From Gordius albopunctatus (Eukaryota): a DNA stretch of 64,000 nucleotides. Under the pieces are notes generated by a model. That model had not been told where the DNA came from. It saw only the letters and a list, made by a program, of their open reading frames with translations, and ran no database searches. Position numbers and translations under genes: made by a program. The DNA is taken from positions 14,260,001-14,324,000 of the forward strand of contig OZ193909.1 of the NCBI GenBank assembly GCA_964276515.1, read 5' to 3'. This document shows, in pieces, positions 24,088-36,756 of this stretch; positions within the stretch are counted from its first letter, which is position 1; every line of letters begins with the position of its first letter.

Positions 24088-24710
24088 AAGAGCCCTACAC
24101 GGGTGACCCGAACCTGAACCGGGTTGAAAATTTTAAAATACCTTCGGGTCGGGTTGAAGGTTATAAATCTTACATTGCATAACAAACATATCTTTCACGT
24201 GGGTTTTTCCGGTTGGGAGGAATGTGCAGATGAAAATGTTCAAGAAAAAGATGAACTTGAGGAATATATTCATTATGAACTTGCAAAAAAGGATGAAAAA
24301 TACGACACAACAGAATGGAAGAATATATTCTTATAAATATCCTGTTTTAGGGTTATTGGCTCGTAAATTTCTGGCCATACCTGCTGCCTCCTCTACGTCC
24401 AGTGAGAGATCTTTTTCTACAGGTGGACGAATTTTAGAAGATAGGAGGTAGGGTTTACGGCCTGAAATTGTAGACGCTATTATATTTATACATAATTATA
24501 ATAATTCTCTCAAATAAATTTATTATTGTTTCTGAAAGTTCCCAATTTATTTTGGTAAATCAATTTAAAATATTTAAAACACTTTCGGGTCGGGTCGGGT
24601 TCGGGTTAAAATATTTAAAACGCTTTCGGGTCGGGTCGGGTTCGGGTTGAAAAATTAAAAATGCTTTAGGGTCTGGTTCGGGTTGAAAAAAAGTGACTTT
24701 GCAGGCTCTA
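24088..24710 (+). mobile_element. Non-autonomous hAT element
   Basis: TSD GTGTATAC; TCGGG subterminal repeats; YPVLGLLARKFLAIPA..SERSFSTGGRILEDRR dimerisation-domain remnant. Confidence 0.88.
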
Positions 24711-25936
24711 GTGTATACCACTCCATTTCTTCTCTGTAAAGCATCCTAATTATAACCGTTTTTTTGGTGATAACCTTAAATGTTTATTGAATGGGTTCAA
24801 ATGTTTTAAAAAGTTAATACTCTAAATAATAGACAAAAATAATTTTAAAGTAAATTTTGGCCTAATATTTATGTAAAAATTGTAATTGTAATTTAAATTC
24901 TCTTAAAATTGTTTAAAAATGAGGATTTATTTACTTATTTGAAATTCTAATTGCTACTATGTTTGATATATATAAGAAAAACTCGGGCCTTCGGGCCTCG
25001 TGGTAAGGGGAAGGGGGCAATGGGAGTAGGGGAAGGGGGAAAGGGAAGGGAAGGGGGAACTCTTCTATACTCCGTATAAAAGTAGCATATTTGCTATGCA
25101 ATTTATGGGCGAGAAAGGTGGGAAGGAGAGAGAATCTCTATAGGGGGCTATTAAATGCAAAATAATTGGACTGACGGGCATAGGGTAAATATCAATGGTA
25201 ACCAATTTAAAAAAAAAAAAATTTTGAATCACAAATTTGGCCAATGGTCATTTTTTTCAAATAGTTAATAATATAATAACATATTCAAGATTTGCCATAG
25301 ATTCTTGCCAAAGTTTAACATTCAAAACTTCGTTGTTTATGTCATTTTGAACCAAGAGTAGCAATTTAAACCTGGGCTTCACGAACGGAACAAATATTTT
25401 TGGGAGCCTCATCGCCTTTATCTTTGTTAATAAGTAAAAAAAATTCGTCCCTTATTTTTGAAAAACCTCACCCAAAATGGTGATCTAATTGACTTAATAA
25501 ATATGCACTATGGAAGAAGGAATAATGAGAAACTTAAAGAATTATTTCTTCATAAGTTTAACGTTTAATTATATAACAAAATGAAAAGGGATTAAATGTT
25601 AATATACGCCATAAACATTGCGCCCGGCAATTTGCGACCCGAGGTTATTTTTAAGCATTAATATAGTGAATTAATATCATTTCTCAAATCTATAATGAAA
25701 AATATAATATTAATCAAATGTAACGTTTAAATGTATATATCGCTCGCACCCAGCAAATAAGCTTGGTTTGGCGCAAATATTACTTGTATATTTATTAAGC
25801 CCTAATCATGCTTTCAAGCATGTAATGGCTGCAATATATATTTATAATATTTAAAGGTAAATGTAATTAAATAATTCAAGATGAATTCAACATAAATATT
25901 TGGTCGGATTAGTTATGTAACAGATGTTTGTTAAAT

Positions 25937-27085
25937 ACGATTGCCGTCCTTGACTCATAAAAAACCCCGAGCCTTGCCGACAGCTTGTATATGGTCAGGC
26001 GGGCACCTCAAGAGTATACGGACTTAATAGGCATTTCTTTAATTTTTATTTACTTTATTTTGGCGTAATATTTGTTTTGGCTTTGATATTTAAGGGGAAA
26101 AAATATAGAGAATTTATTTAGTCGCTATTTGTGAATTTACGGTAAAAACTAAGCTTAAGCTAGAAGTGCTAAATGAATTTAATCTAAATAGCTTAAAAAG
26201 ATTATCTTTCTAGAAGATTCGAAATCTTAAATAGGTTTAAATTACAAATTATTTTATTGAAATTAAATTAATAATTACCTTTTGTAAATTTAAAATGATG
26301 CGCGCTGTATTAATTGTTAATGATTAAGTTTGTAGATCGTGTATTGGAAATAAAGAATTGAGTATTTAAAAATTTACAAAGTCATCCTCTCTATACGATT
26401 TATCCGTTTCCCTCAGAAAACCCATTAAATTTCAAGGTTGAGTAATTAAAGTAAGATTAAGTTATTGGGGGAAGGGGGTACTCGAGAGTTTTTTCGATCT
26501 ATTTTTATTTCAGTGCAGCTATTGGGGAAAGTGGGTTCTCGAGAGTATGTTTTTGGGGGGCAATTAATTTGAAAAGGTGCCTAAAATTGAGAAATATGTA
26601 TTTATTAAATTACTATTAAATAAAAAATAGGTAAAATAGCTGATATAAGATGGTACTCGGACTATGATATTTACGTGAGCAGCGAGAAACGTGTCATTCC
26701 AAATAGTTAAAGATTTTTTAAAGAGAACTTCCCATTTGGCGTTAAAGTAAAAACTTTTAGTAATTACATTCTGTTTAAACTATTAGGTACGGGTGCAGAT
26801 AAAATACGGTCAATTAAGCTGTTTGGTCAAGAACCCATGTATTTATGATATTCCTAGATGTCTCGACATTTTCCTCTTCGAAATTGAGGGATTAAGTTTG
26901 TGCAGCATAATACTTCTCTAAATCTTTAACGAATTTTGGGTGAACCGTAAATTTTTTGTCTAAAAACATTTTGGTGACCCAAGCAATTGTAGTAGATGCT
27001 TCGTAATCTTTCAAATCATTAAAATCTTGATGCATCTCTGGGGGGGGGGGAATGTCGACGTTTCAAATCATTACAACGGTCTATA
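25937..27085 (-). repeat. Second (inverted) copy of the serpin-fragment-bearing segment
   Basis: Reverse complement of 3306-4511; serpin remnant at ~26655-27035. Confidence 0.92.
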
Positions 27086-27207
27086 AATATATTTTTATGC
27101 TCACTTTGGCCAATGGTCATTTTTTCCATTGGTCAGCAGCCAGCGGACGGCCAAAAAGTCATAATAGCAATGGTAGTAACAGGAACAATCATAAAAATTG
27201 CATAGCA

Positions 27208-27242
<35 letters not shown>

Positions 27243-28983
27243 AATTCAAAAACGAAAAAAAAATTTCGAACAAAATTTGGCCAATGGTCATTTTTTTCAA
27301 TGGTCAGTAGCCAGAACACGGTCAAAAAGTCATATTATCAATGGTATTAACAAGAACAATATATTAATTTAATTTTTAAAAAATAAAAAATTTTGTCCTC
27401 TCCGGGTCTCGAACCATCAATTTAGAACGTTCGCCGGGATTCAAACCCCCTCTGTGTTCAACAAACAAGATATTCACATCGCAAAGTTCTCCCCGTTAAC
27501 GACTATAATTGCTATTGCACGGAATGCGGCCTTGAGCCTGCATCAGGGGTAGCCATTATTATAAAAAAGGAACTCAAAGTGATTAGCATCGACTATGTTA
27601 ACAACAGATTATTAATCATTCACTTAAAAATAAAAAATCGTTGTTTATCAATTTTTAACATATACGCTCCCCCCTCTTCCGAAAATTCTCAATCGATGGA
27701 ATCCCTCCTCCAAAACATCAAAGATAAATTTAACACTAAACACCTTAAAATCCTCGTCGGTGACTTCAATGCTTCCGTCCAGCGCACACTGGGGGATAAT
27801 AAATTTATAATTGTACCGACTAACCGAAACGGTAAACTGCTTAAAAAATTCTGCTGTAAACATAAACTAAAGATAACCTCAACCTTTTCCGACCTTCCTC
27901 TGGATAACCAAATCACATACCAAAAGAATGAAAATCACCGAGGTACCCAAATTGATCATATAATAGGCCAACTAAGAAACCATAAAATGATAAAGAACTT
28001 CCACACCTTTCAGCCTCTAATAAAAACAGATCACTTTGTCATCTCAGCTGATTTATTTATTAATCCCTCCTCTCTCCACACGTCAAAAAAACTTAAAAAA
28101 TACCCATCTCGAGCAAACATAATCAGAGACATCTCTCAACTTGAGTCCAGATTACAAACAGACTCGAAGGCACTTGGCGATCTTGCCCCCCTCTCAGTCA
28201 ATGACCAGAATGACACCTTAGCAAAGTTTTTCACTCCATCCCTGAATTACCATCTCCATGTCAACATTAAGTCCTGGTTCTCCATCGATACCATTCATCT
28301 ACTCGAGTCCCGGTATAAAGTCTTTAAGGATAAGACACTTAGAAATAAAAAAGCATGGGTCCAACATCCTACTAAAAAGATTAAAGCGGCAATAAAAAAG
28401 GACAAGGCTAATTACTTATCAAGCAAACTAAATGAAGCAGAATCTGCTGCTCGCACAAACAGTACACACACCCTTTACAAAGTGCTCAGGAACATCACCT
28501 CAAAATTTTCAGACAAATATAACTATAACACAATACAAAACAAACATAGCTCCAACGATTCCTTGATCCAAACGGAGGCTTGGGAGAGCCACTTTAGTTC
28601 CATTCTAGATCGCCCTTATTCAATTCCCTGTTCCGACATATTCCTTGAATTCATTGACAACTTCAAAACACCCTCCACCCCTTCTATCAGTGTTGAACCA
28701 CCCTCCTTAAATAAAATAAAATACGTGTTAAAATCCCTCAAACTTTATAAAGCTCCCGATGCAGAAAAAATCACAGCGGAAGCCCTTAAAGCTGATTACT
28801 CCCTGTCTAGAAAACTATTGCATCAACTCTTCACTAAAATCTGGCTACAAGAGATCATCCCCCGCGCTTGGTCTACTGGTCTACTTAGTAAAATCTATAA
28901 AAAAGGAGACCCATCCCTTCCCGATAATTATAGAGGGATCACAATTATAAATAACATTTCCAAGGTTTTTATAAAATTAATAT

Positions 28984-29029
28984 CTACCAACGACGGTCCC
29001 AAGTCCGTGTGAAAAAGTGGAGGGTTGGC
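28984..29029 (+). ncRNA. Twister ribozyme remnant at RTE copy 3 5' end
   Basis: CTACCAACGACGGTCCCAAGTCCGTGTGAAAAAGTGGAGGGTTGGC. Confidence 0.72.
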
Positions 29030-32000
29030 GTCAGGTCGGAAGCCGGCTGTAAAAAGCAACTCCAAACACCATGGCAGCTTCAAATACGAACTTATACCAG
29101 AATGGTAGGGCGTCCTCCCCAAACGACGCGCATTGCATCATCCGCCCGTGCAATGTGAAAAGTATACAAGGGTCACCGCCTCACTCACAACGAAGGCGGT
29201 TAAGGAACCTAGTTGTCGAACGGACAAGAGTGGCTAGCTGGAATGTGGGCACGCTGACGGGGAAGAGCATCGAGGTTGCGCAGATGCTAAAAAGGCGAAG
29301 GATACACATAGCGTGTCTACAAGAAACGCGGTGGCATGGAACAAAAGCCAGGGAGCTAGGAGATGGTTACAAGCTATACTACTCGGGTTCCCCATCACGG
29401 AAGAACGGGGTCGGTATAGTGCTTAGCGATTCCTTTAAGGACAAGGTAGTCGAAGTCAAACGATGCTCAGATAGATTGATGTGCATAAAGCTGGCGGATC
29501 AAGGCGGCCTTGTCAATGTTATTTGTGCGTATTTGCCCCAGGTTGGATGTTCCGAAAACGAGAAGGACGAATTCTATGAGAAGCTCGAAGAAGAACTTAC
29601 GCTACGTGAAGCCTGACGAGAATCTCATCATCGGAGCAGACTTTAATGGGCACGTTGGGAAAGAAAGGGGCGTGTATGAACGAAATCACGGCGGGCATGG
29701 CTATGGAGTGAAAAATAAAGAGGGAGAGAAGTTACTACAGATGGCGCAAGCTTACGATATGGCGAATGTGAATACCTTCTTTCAGAAGCGTACCGAACAT
29801 TTAGCGACGTACAGTAGTGGAAATCACCTTACACAGGTCGACTACATATTAGTGAAGCGCAAAAATTTGTGGCAAGTTAAAGATTGCAAGGTTATACCGG
29901 GGGAAGAAATCGCCAAACAACATCGGCCAGTTGTCCTCGATATAGCAAGAAAGATTTTTCCCGTAAGGAGAAAAGTCTACACACCAAGGACAAAGTACGA
30001 AAAGCTTAAGGATGATCATGCAAATGAAATGTTTCACACTCGAGCAACTCCGCTCTTGAAGGTTGCAGGCTTGGAGGGCGACATTAACAAAAGGTGGGGC
30101 ATCGTTGCAAATGTTCTAAAGGAAACGGCCTTTCAAATATTGGGACGAACTAAGGGCGGCAGAGCTCACAAGCGTGAACTATGGTGGTGGAATAACTCGG
30201 TCAAAGAGGTTATAGAAGAAAAGAAGGCGTTGTACCTACGATGGTACAAAACGAAGAAAGGAGAAGACTACGAGGCATATCGTGAAGCGAAACGCAAATC
30301 TAAGATAGCGGTCGCGATAGCGAAGAACGACGCTTACACCGAGATGGCAAACAAGCTCGATACCAAGGGCGGCGACATAGTCATGTGTAAACTCGCAAAG
30401 ATCAGGGAGAAAAAAAGTCGAGATGTCGGGACACTTAAAGTCATTAAAAGCGAAGAGGGACGAACGTTGTGCAAACCGAAGGAAGTCATCAAAAGATGGA
30501 AAGATTATTTCCAAAATATGATGAACAAAACGAATGATAGAAGACCCCTGGAGAGGGTGGAACCGAACTCGAACTTGGTTTTACCATTTCAGGCTTATGA
30601 AATAGGAGCACAACTAACGAAGATGCGGAAAGGGAAAGCGCTAGGTCCCGATGATCTACCGATCGAAGCTTGGCTTGGGTGCAAAGGAGAAGGAATCGAC
30701 ATAATGACAGGCCTATTTAACGCTATGCTGTATGAGAGTCGTATCCCTGACCAATGGAGGGAAAGTACGATCATACCCATATACAAAGGTAAAGGAGACG
30801 CGCAGGAATGTGGCAACTTTAGAGGTATCAAGTTGACCTGTCACTCACTAAAACTACTAGAAAGGGTGCTAGTGAAAAGGCTCAATGACGAAGTTTGTCT
30901 CTCGCCCAATCAGTTTGGATTTGTGGCCGGTAAATCAACGATGGACCCAATCTTTGCGTTGAAGCAGACGATGGAAAGATATGGCGACATAAGAAATAAA
31001 TTACACATGGTCTTCATCGATTTAGAAAAGGCCTACGATACGGTTCCGAGAGACTTAATATGGTGGTCCCTTAGAGCCAGAAATATACCCGAAGGATATG
31101 TTCGACTTATCAAGGAAATGTATAATGGCGCGGTTGCATCTGTTAGGACTACCGTAGGAGTAACGAAACCCTTCCGAATAATGATCGGACTACATCAAGG
31201 ATCAGCGTTAAGCCCATTCTTGTTTAATCTAATTATGGATATGTTAGATACAATAAGGTTGGCAGTATGCCATCGAGGTATGATAATTTTGATGAAAGGA
31301 AGGTAAGGAATAGTAATTTTAATGCTCCGATAGCGAGGGGTTTTAATAATAGTGGTGTACATGCCGCGGAGGCGGTTTCGAATAGAAATAATGATTTTAT
31401 GTGCGCGTGTGGCGTGCCATCTGCGCAAACTAACTCTGGGGCTGGAGGTCGTTGACTATGTGTTGACGTTCTCAGCTCAAATAATCCAGCCATAAATTTT
31501 AATTTGACAAGCTCCATTCCCCATTTATTGTTTGGTACCCGACTGCCCAAGGCGAAGGTGTGGGTGGACGGTACGTTAATTAATTTCATTTTAGACTCTG
31601 GGGCTTGTGTAACTTTAATGTCCTTTTCACATTTTAATAAACAGTGGCCTGGTAAAAAAACTTCCCGACCTTTTTTTAATGCCCGTCAATTAGATGGTGC
31701 GGCGGTGGAGTTAGTGGGTAAAGCCAGCGTAGAGGTGGCGGCTGGCGGCGCGCGTTGAACATTGGTAATATATTTAACAGCCGCTAAAATCGATCCTTTA
31801 ATGGGTTGGGATTGGCTGCAGGTGATAGGCCCGCATGTGGAATGGTTTGGCTTATGTAACTCATTAAATGATTCAACACCTAGTTGTTTGGTAGCTCCTA
31901 GTAAGAAATCTGGCCCGTGTGGGGATGCAATGATATGTAATGTTGAGCTCCCAAGAGGTGCCGAAGTTACGACTTTAGTCGTGAAACCTCTTTCGACGTT

Positions 32001-34574
32001 AATCGTCGGTACACCTACGGGTGTAGCACCTACGGGTGCGACGTCTACGGACGTGTTGAGTGGATTCGGCGACCCCGGCAGGTGGCAATTAAATTTGCGT
32101 GTTTTATTTAAGAGCTACAATGCAGTTTTTGCTGAAGGTCTAGGGTGTTTGAAGGGTTATGAATATGAGGTGAAACTCAAACATGGGGCTTATCCCAGAT
32201 TTTGTCCAAGTAGGCGCATTCCGTTTATGTGGCGGGATGAGGTGAACGCAATTCTGCGAGACTGGACGGATCAGGGGATTGTTACGCCGGTTGATTATAG
32301 TGAGTGGGCGACGCCCCTGGTACCAGTTAAGAAAGTCGACGGGTCTTTGAGGCTTTGTATTGATTTTAGGGTTACACTTAATCCGTGGTTGGTGGAAATT
32401 AAGTACCCAATGCCGCGGGTGCAGGAAATTTTGGCTAACCTTAATAATGCATGTTTCTTTACAAAGTTAGATCTGAGGTCGGCTTATTTGCAGATAAAAT
32501 TAAGTGCTCGTTCGGCGCGGTTGATGACTATAAATACTCCTTTGGGGTTGTTTACGTTTAATCGCTTGCCGTTTGGGCTGAGTATTTCGGCGGCAGTATT
32601 CCAGAAAACTATGGCCTCCGTTTTTCAGGGTTTGGACAGTGTATTCTTTTACCTGGATGATGTGTTGATTGTTGGCACTACGATGCAAGAGCACGATTTG
32701 CGTCTAGAGTCAGTGTTGAAGCGCATCCAGGAGAGGGGATTACGTCTAACTATGAAAAAATGCATGATCGGAGTGACAGAAGTGATATTCTTAGGGCATG
32801 TTATTGCCGGGGGTAAGATTCGTCCTTTGAGTAGTAATGTGGCGGCGATTTTAAAGATACGAGCCCCAACTAACAAGAAAGAAGTTTTGGCTTTCATGGG
32901 GTCTGTGAATTATTATCGCAAGTTTATACCGCATCGCTCGGAGGTAGCAGCTCCCTTGCATAGATTAACTTAAGATAACGTGCGTTTTGTTTGGACCGCT
33001 AAGGAACAGTCAGCTTTCGAGAGGTTGAAAAACTTCAATTTTGGTGTGTTTTAATCGTGACCTACCGATAGGGTTGGCGGTTGACGGGTCGAATAGCGGT
33101 GTAGGAGGCATGCTCTTTCATATTATTAAAGGAATAGAGCGGCCGATATTATTTTTTTCGCGTAAATTGACTGCGGCCGAGCTTAATTATTCGGTAATAG
33201 AAAAAGAGGCGTTGGCTGTAGTGTTTGCGTTAAATAAGTGTCGTGAGTATCTTATTGGTCGGAGGTTTAAAATATTTACCGACCATAAACCACTGGTTCC
33301 TCTTTTTGCGAAGTGCAATGGTAGTTTATTGCTAAGCCCTAGATTGCAAAAATGGTTATTGGTTTTGGGTAATTTTGAAGTAACCTTGGAGTATAAAAAG
33401 GGCGCAACGAACTATGTACCAGACACGTTATCGCGTTTAGGTGAGAGCGATGAAGTGGTACCGAAGGAGGAACTAGAGGAAGAGAATTACTTAATTAATG
33501 TCGTAACTCAAGCGTTTCCGTCAGTTAACCTTAAGGAGGAGGTGAACAAAGACGATGAGTTGCATGGAGTTACGGAATACTTGAATGGTCAAACGACAAT
33601 CGAGGAAGTCGCTAGATGTTATCGTAGCGTGTTTAACGAACTCTATCTTGATAATGGAGTTGTATTGCGATGCGAGCGCATAGTGATTCCACGGGCATTG
33701 CGACCACAAGTGTTAGAATTGTTGCATGCTGGACATAGCGGCGCGTCTAAGATGAAAGCAATGGCGCGTAACTATGTTTGGTGGCCTAAAATGGGCGCTG
33801 ATATTGGCATGTATGGTCGTAAATGTACGGCGTGTAGTAAAAATGCGAGTATGCCCAAGCATGATAAACAAACTAGGTGGACGCGGGCTTAAAACGTTGA
33901 TTTTTTCGATTTTGATTTGAAGCAATACCTTTTACTGGTGGATGCGGCTTCGAGTTGGGTTGAATTTCAACGCGTCACGAAGCTGTCTACCGGGGTGGTT
34001 ATTGAGTTTTTAAAGAATTTAATGGGCGCTTATGGTATTCCAAGGTATATAGTATCAGATAATGGTACTGCCTTTACTAGCGCGGAGTTTAAGGTGTTTT
34101 GCGGTAAATGGGGTATACTGCATTTATTAACACCTCCATATCATCCCAGTTCTAACGGGTTGGCGGAGCGACACGTGGCAATCGTTAAGAAATGGTTGAA
34201 AAACGAGAAGGTAGAGAAGGACGGCATTTGGATGTACCGGTTGTTACATAATGCGTCCGCTCGCTTTCCGTGTCGTGCACCTTTAGGTGAAATATTTTTA
34301 AATAGATTACCGCGCATACCAATTGATGTGTGTGTGGACGCCGGGTTAACAACTGACGAGTCCGCTCCCATTCGGTATGAAGTTGGTGATTTAGTATGGG
34401 CTCGTGTGTATCGTGGAACCGAGCGGTGGTTAAATCCCACGTGGGCTCAAAGGCCTACGAGGTTGAATTTACGGGCTCTAATAACCGCACTGTTAGACAC
34501 GAGGAGCAATTGCGATTACGATGTTAATAAAAATTTTAGGTAAGTTATAACAGAATTTGGTTATTTTGCATTAG

Positions 34575-35192
34575 ATGGACATCATCGCTTCATGGTGCCG
34601 ATTCAGGGTGGAAGTGGAAGTCATCAATCCACTGTACGCCCCAACGGATTTGTATGTGTCGTTCGTAGTGGGACAAGATGGTATCCCACATATTGTCAGT
34701 CTCCACGAACGAAGATATTCCCAGGGCGGTGCCCCGCAGCTCGGGAATAGAGGACGAGGTGGTAGAACAGGTCGAGGAGGAAACGCTAGGGGTAGCGGTG
34801 CCTTGACTGCTAGGGTTCAGAGGGATCATAGGGAAGTCCTTCCGCCGGTTCGCCCGGTTCGAGGGGGCACGGTGATGGCCCCGACTGCGGCACGCGGAGG
34901 GCGACACAGGGTGGCCCGAAGGTGGTGTCGCGATTGCCAATGTCGGCACCGAAGGTCCGCGTGTGGGGTTACAAATGCGACGCCGCTAAGGGTACCTAGT
35001 GTTTTGGTTAATGAGTCTGTAAACGCCGGAGTGGGAGAGGTTGCTGTTGATGTAGCGATGCACCTCGACTCACCCGAGATCGTGAGCACAGACGCGGTAC
35101 TGGCGCCGATGGCGACAGTAACGCTCCTAGAATATGATCAGGTGGTGAGGGAATCAACGCGAGGGAGTCAGCAAGACGGTAATAATGGTTAG
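34575..35192 (+). CDS. Extra ORF (205 aa) downstream of Gypsy integrase, with RGG-rich tract and CX2CX3HX4C knuckle
   Basis: Uninterrupted ORF; RGRGGRTGRGG; CRDCQCRHRRSAC; TTATTTTGCATTAG directly before the ATG. Confidence 0.6.
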   Translation: MDIIASWCRFRVEVEVINPLYAPTDLYVSFVVGQDGIPHIVSLHERRYSQGGAPQLGNRGRGGRTGRGGNARGSGALTARVQRDHREVLPPVRPVRGGTVMAPTAARGGRHRVARRWCRDCQCRHRRSACGVTNATPLRVPSVLVNESVNAGVGEVAVDVAMHLDSPEIVSTDAVLAPMATVTLLEYDQVVRESTRGSQQDGNNG

Positions 35193-36756
35193 CAAGTGCG
35201 GACCCAATGACGTCTATCGGGGAGGCCGTTCCCGTACTTTTACGGCCCGCTACATGTTATTGACTCCCCGCTCCCTTTCTCTTCGGGGTCTTTCCTAAAG
35301 AGGATGGTGTGGTAATTCGATTGATTTATCGCTTGATTTATTCGATTACTTGAACCGAAGCTATTATGATTGAGGATTGTTGTTGTTGGTGTTGATGTTG
35401 TTGTGTATGACTGAGGAGATGCACCGTGGTATAAAAGAACAGAAAGCAATATATACATTAATTCACTTACTCACTTACACTCTCTTCCCCACTCATTCAC
35501 AAATTCCCTAATTCATTATTTACTTAACCATTTTGTACAATCGCTCACTTACTTACTTTTCACCTATGTTGACGTTGCTAATTCGCAGTTAATACGCCTA
35601 TAACATTGGTCATTTAATTGTAATTATACCGTGTAAATTATATCTTGGTCGATTATCCTTGGAAATTATGTAAGTATTGATCCTGTAACATCTTTAAATA
35701 AAGTAGATATATTTATTAGCTTAAAACAGTTTATATTAGTAGTAGATAATAAAGAGTTGGAATAGATTATAACAGTAGGTTATAACAGGAATGACGCGAT
35801 GGTACGTAACATGAGCAATACGTGTACGACGAGGTTTCGGATATTAATGTATTTTTGCATGAGCGCACGTGTAACCCAGAAGGGAATTAATTAGGTTTTC
35901 GACGCAAATCGTCGGTACATCTGCGGATGTGGCGCCTACGGGTGCGGCGTCTCTGACGCATTTTAATTAATTCGGAGGCTTAATGCCTGTTATGACCTGT
36001 TTTTTTTGGCTTTATGCCCTATCACCTTTAATTAGGTTTGATGAGGTCGAGTTTTCTGGGTGGGCAAATCGCCCTTGCGCATGATGATTGATTTATTCGT
36101 TGGAGTTTATTTCCTTGCATGTACGAAGGGAAGTTAATACCATCGTTGTCAGATCCAAGATTACCGTTATGTAGTTCATTGCTCCCAGGTGATTATGGTA
36201 GGCGGAATTGCATTTTATGCGAGATACGCCTGTGACAGATTTTTACACTTAGTGATGTTGCTGGTGCCTGTGTCGGCGACGTTAGCTGATATGTGGTATA
36301 GCGACGTCAATTATATTTAACGGAAATATCGTACGCTTTGTGTCGAGAGGCTAGCAGCTCTTATGGAGAAGCAGCCTGAACGACTTAGAGTGACAAAGAT
36401 GTTTCTGTCTCGCTCTTATGGGGAAAATAAAAAAAGCTACTTTGGGTTACTTTTAACGAAAACAATTGGGTGAAGTATCCTATCCCGAACCTAACAACAA
36501 CGCCCGGATACATTGACAAAAATTTCCTTCCCCCTAGAAAGCTTGAAGGGTATGGTGCGATTCAAACATGGTCAACGATGAAATCAAATCGATAAGACCA
36601 ATTGGAACACCAAATCAGGAAAACGATCCTAGAGACGTTCAACTATACAGTGCGATTCGTACGTCCGAACAATGGACAGCGGTCAACAACTAAAATCCGA
36701 CGACCGTGTTCAGAAGTCAACAATCGGGTCGAAGGAGGTGATCGTGAAGGGTATGG

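Noticed and set aside
29510..31306. 598-aa ORF read as an RTE-Gypsy fusion protein
   Set aside because: Only ~20 out-of-frame residues come from the Gypsy insert; it is read-through at the insertion junction
34575..35192. env gene
   Set aside because: No signal peptide or transmembrane segment; basic RGG/CCHC composition instead
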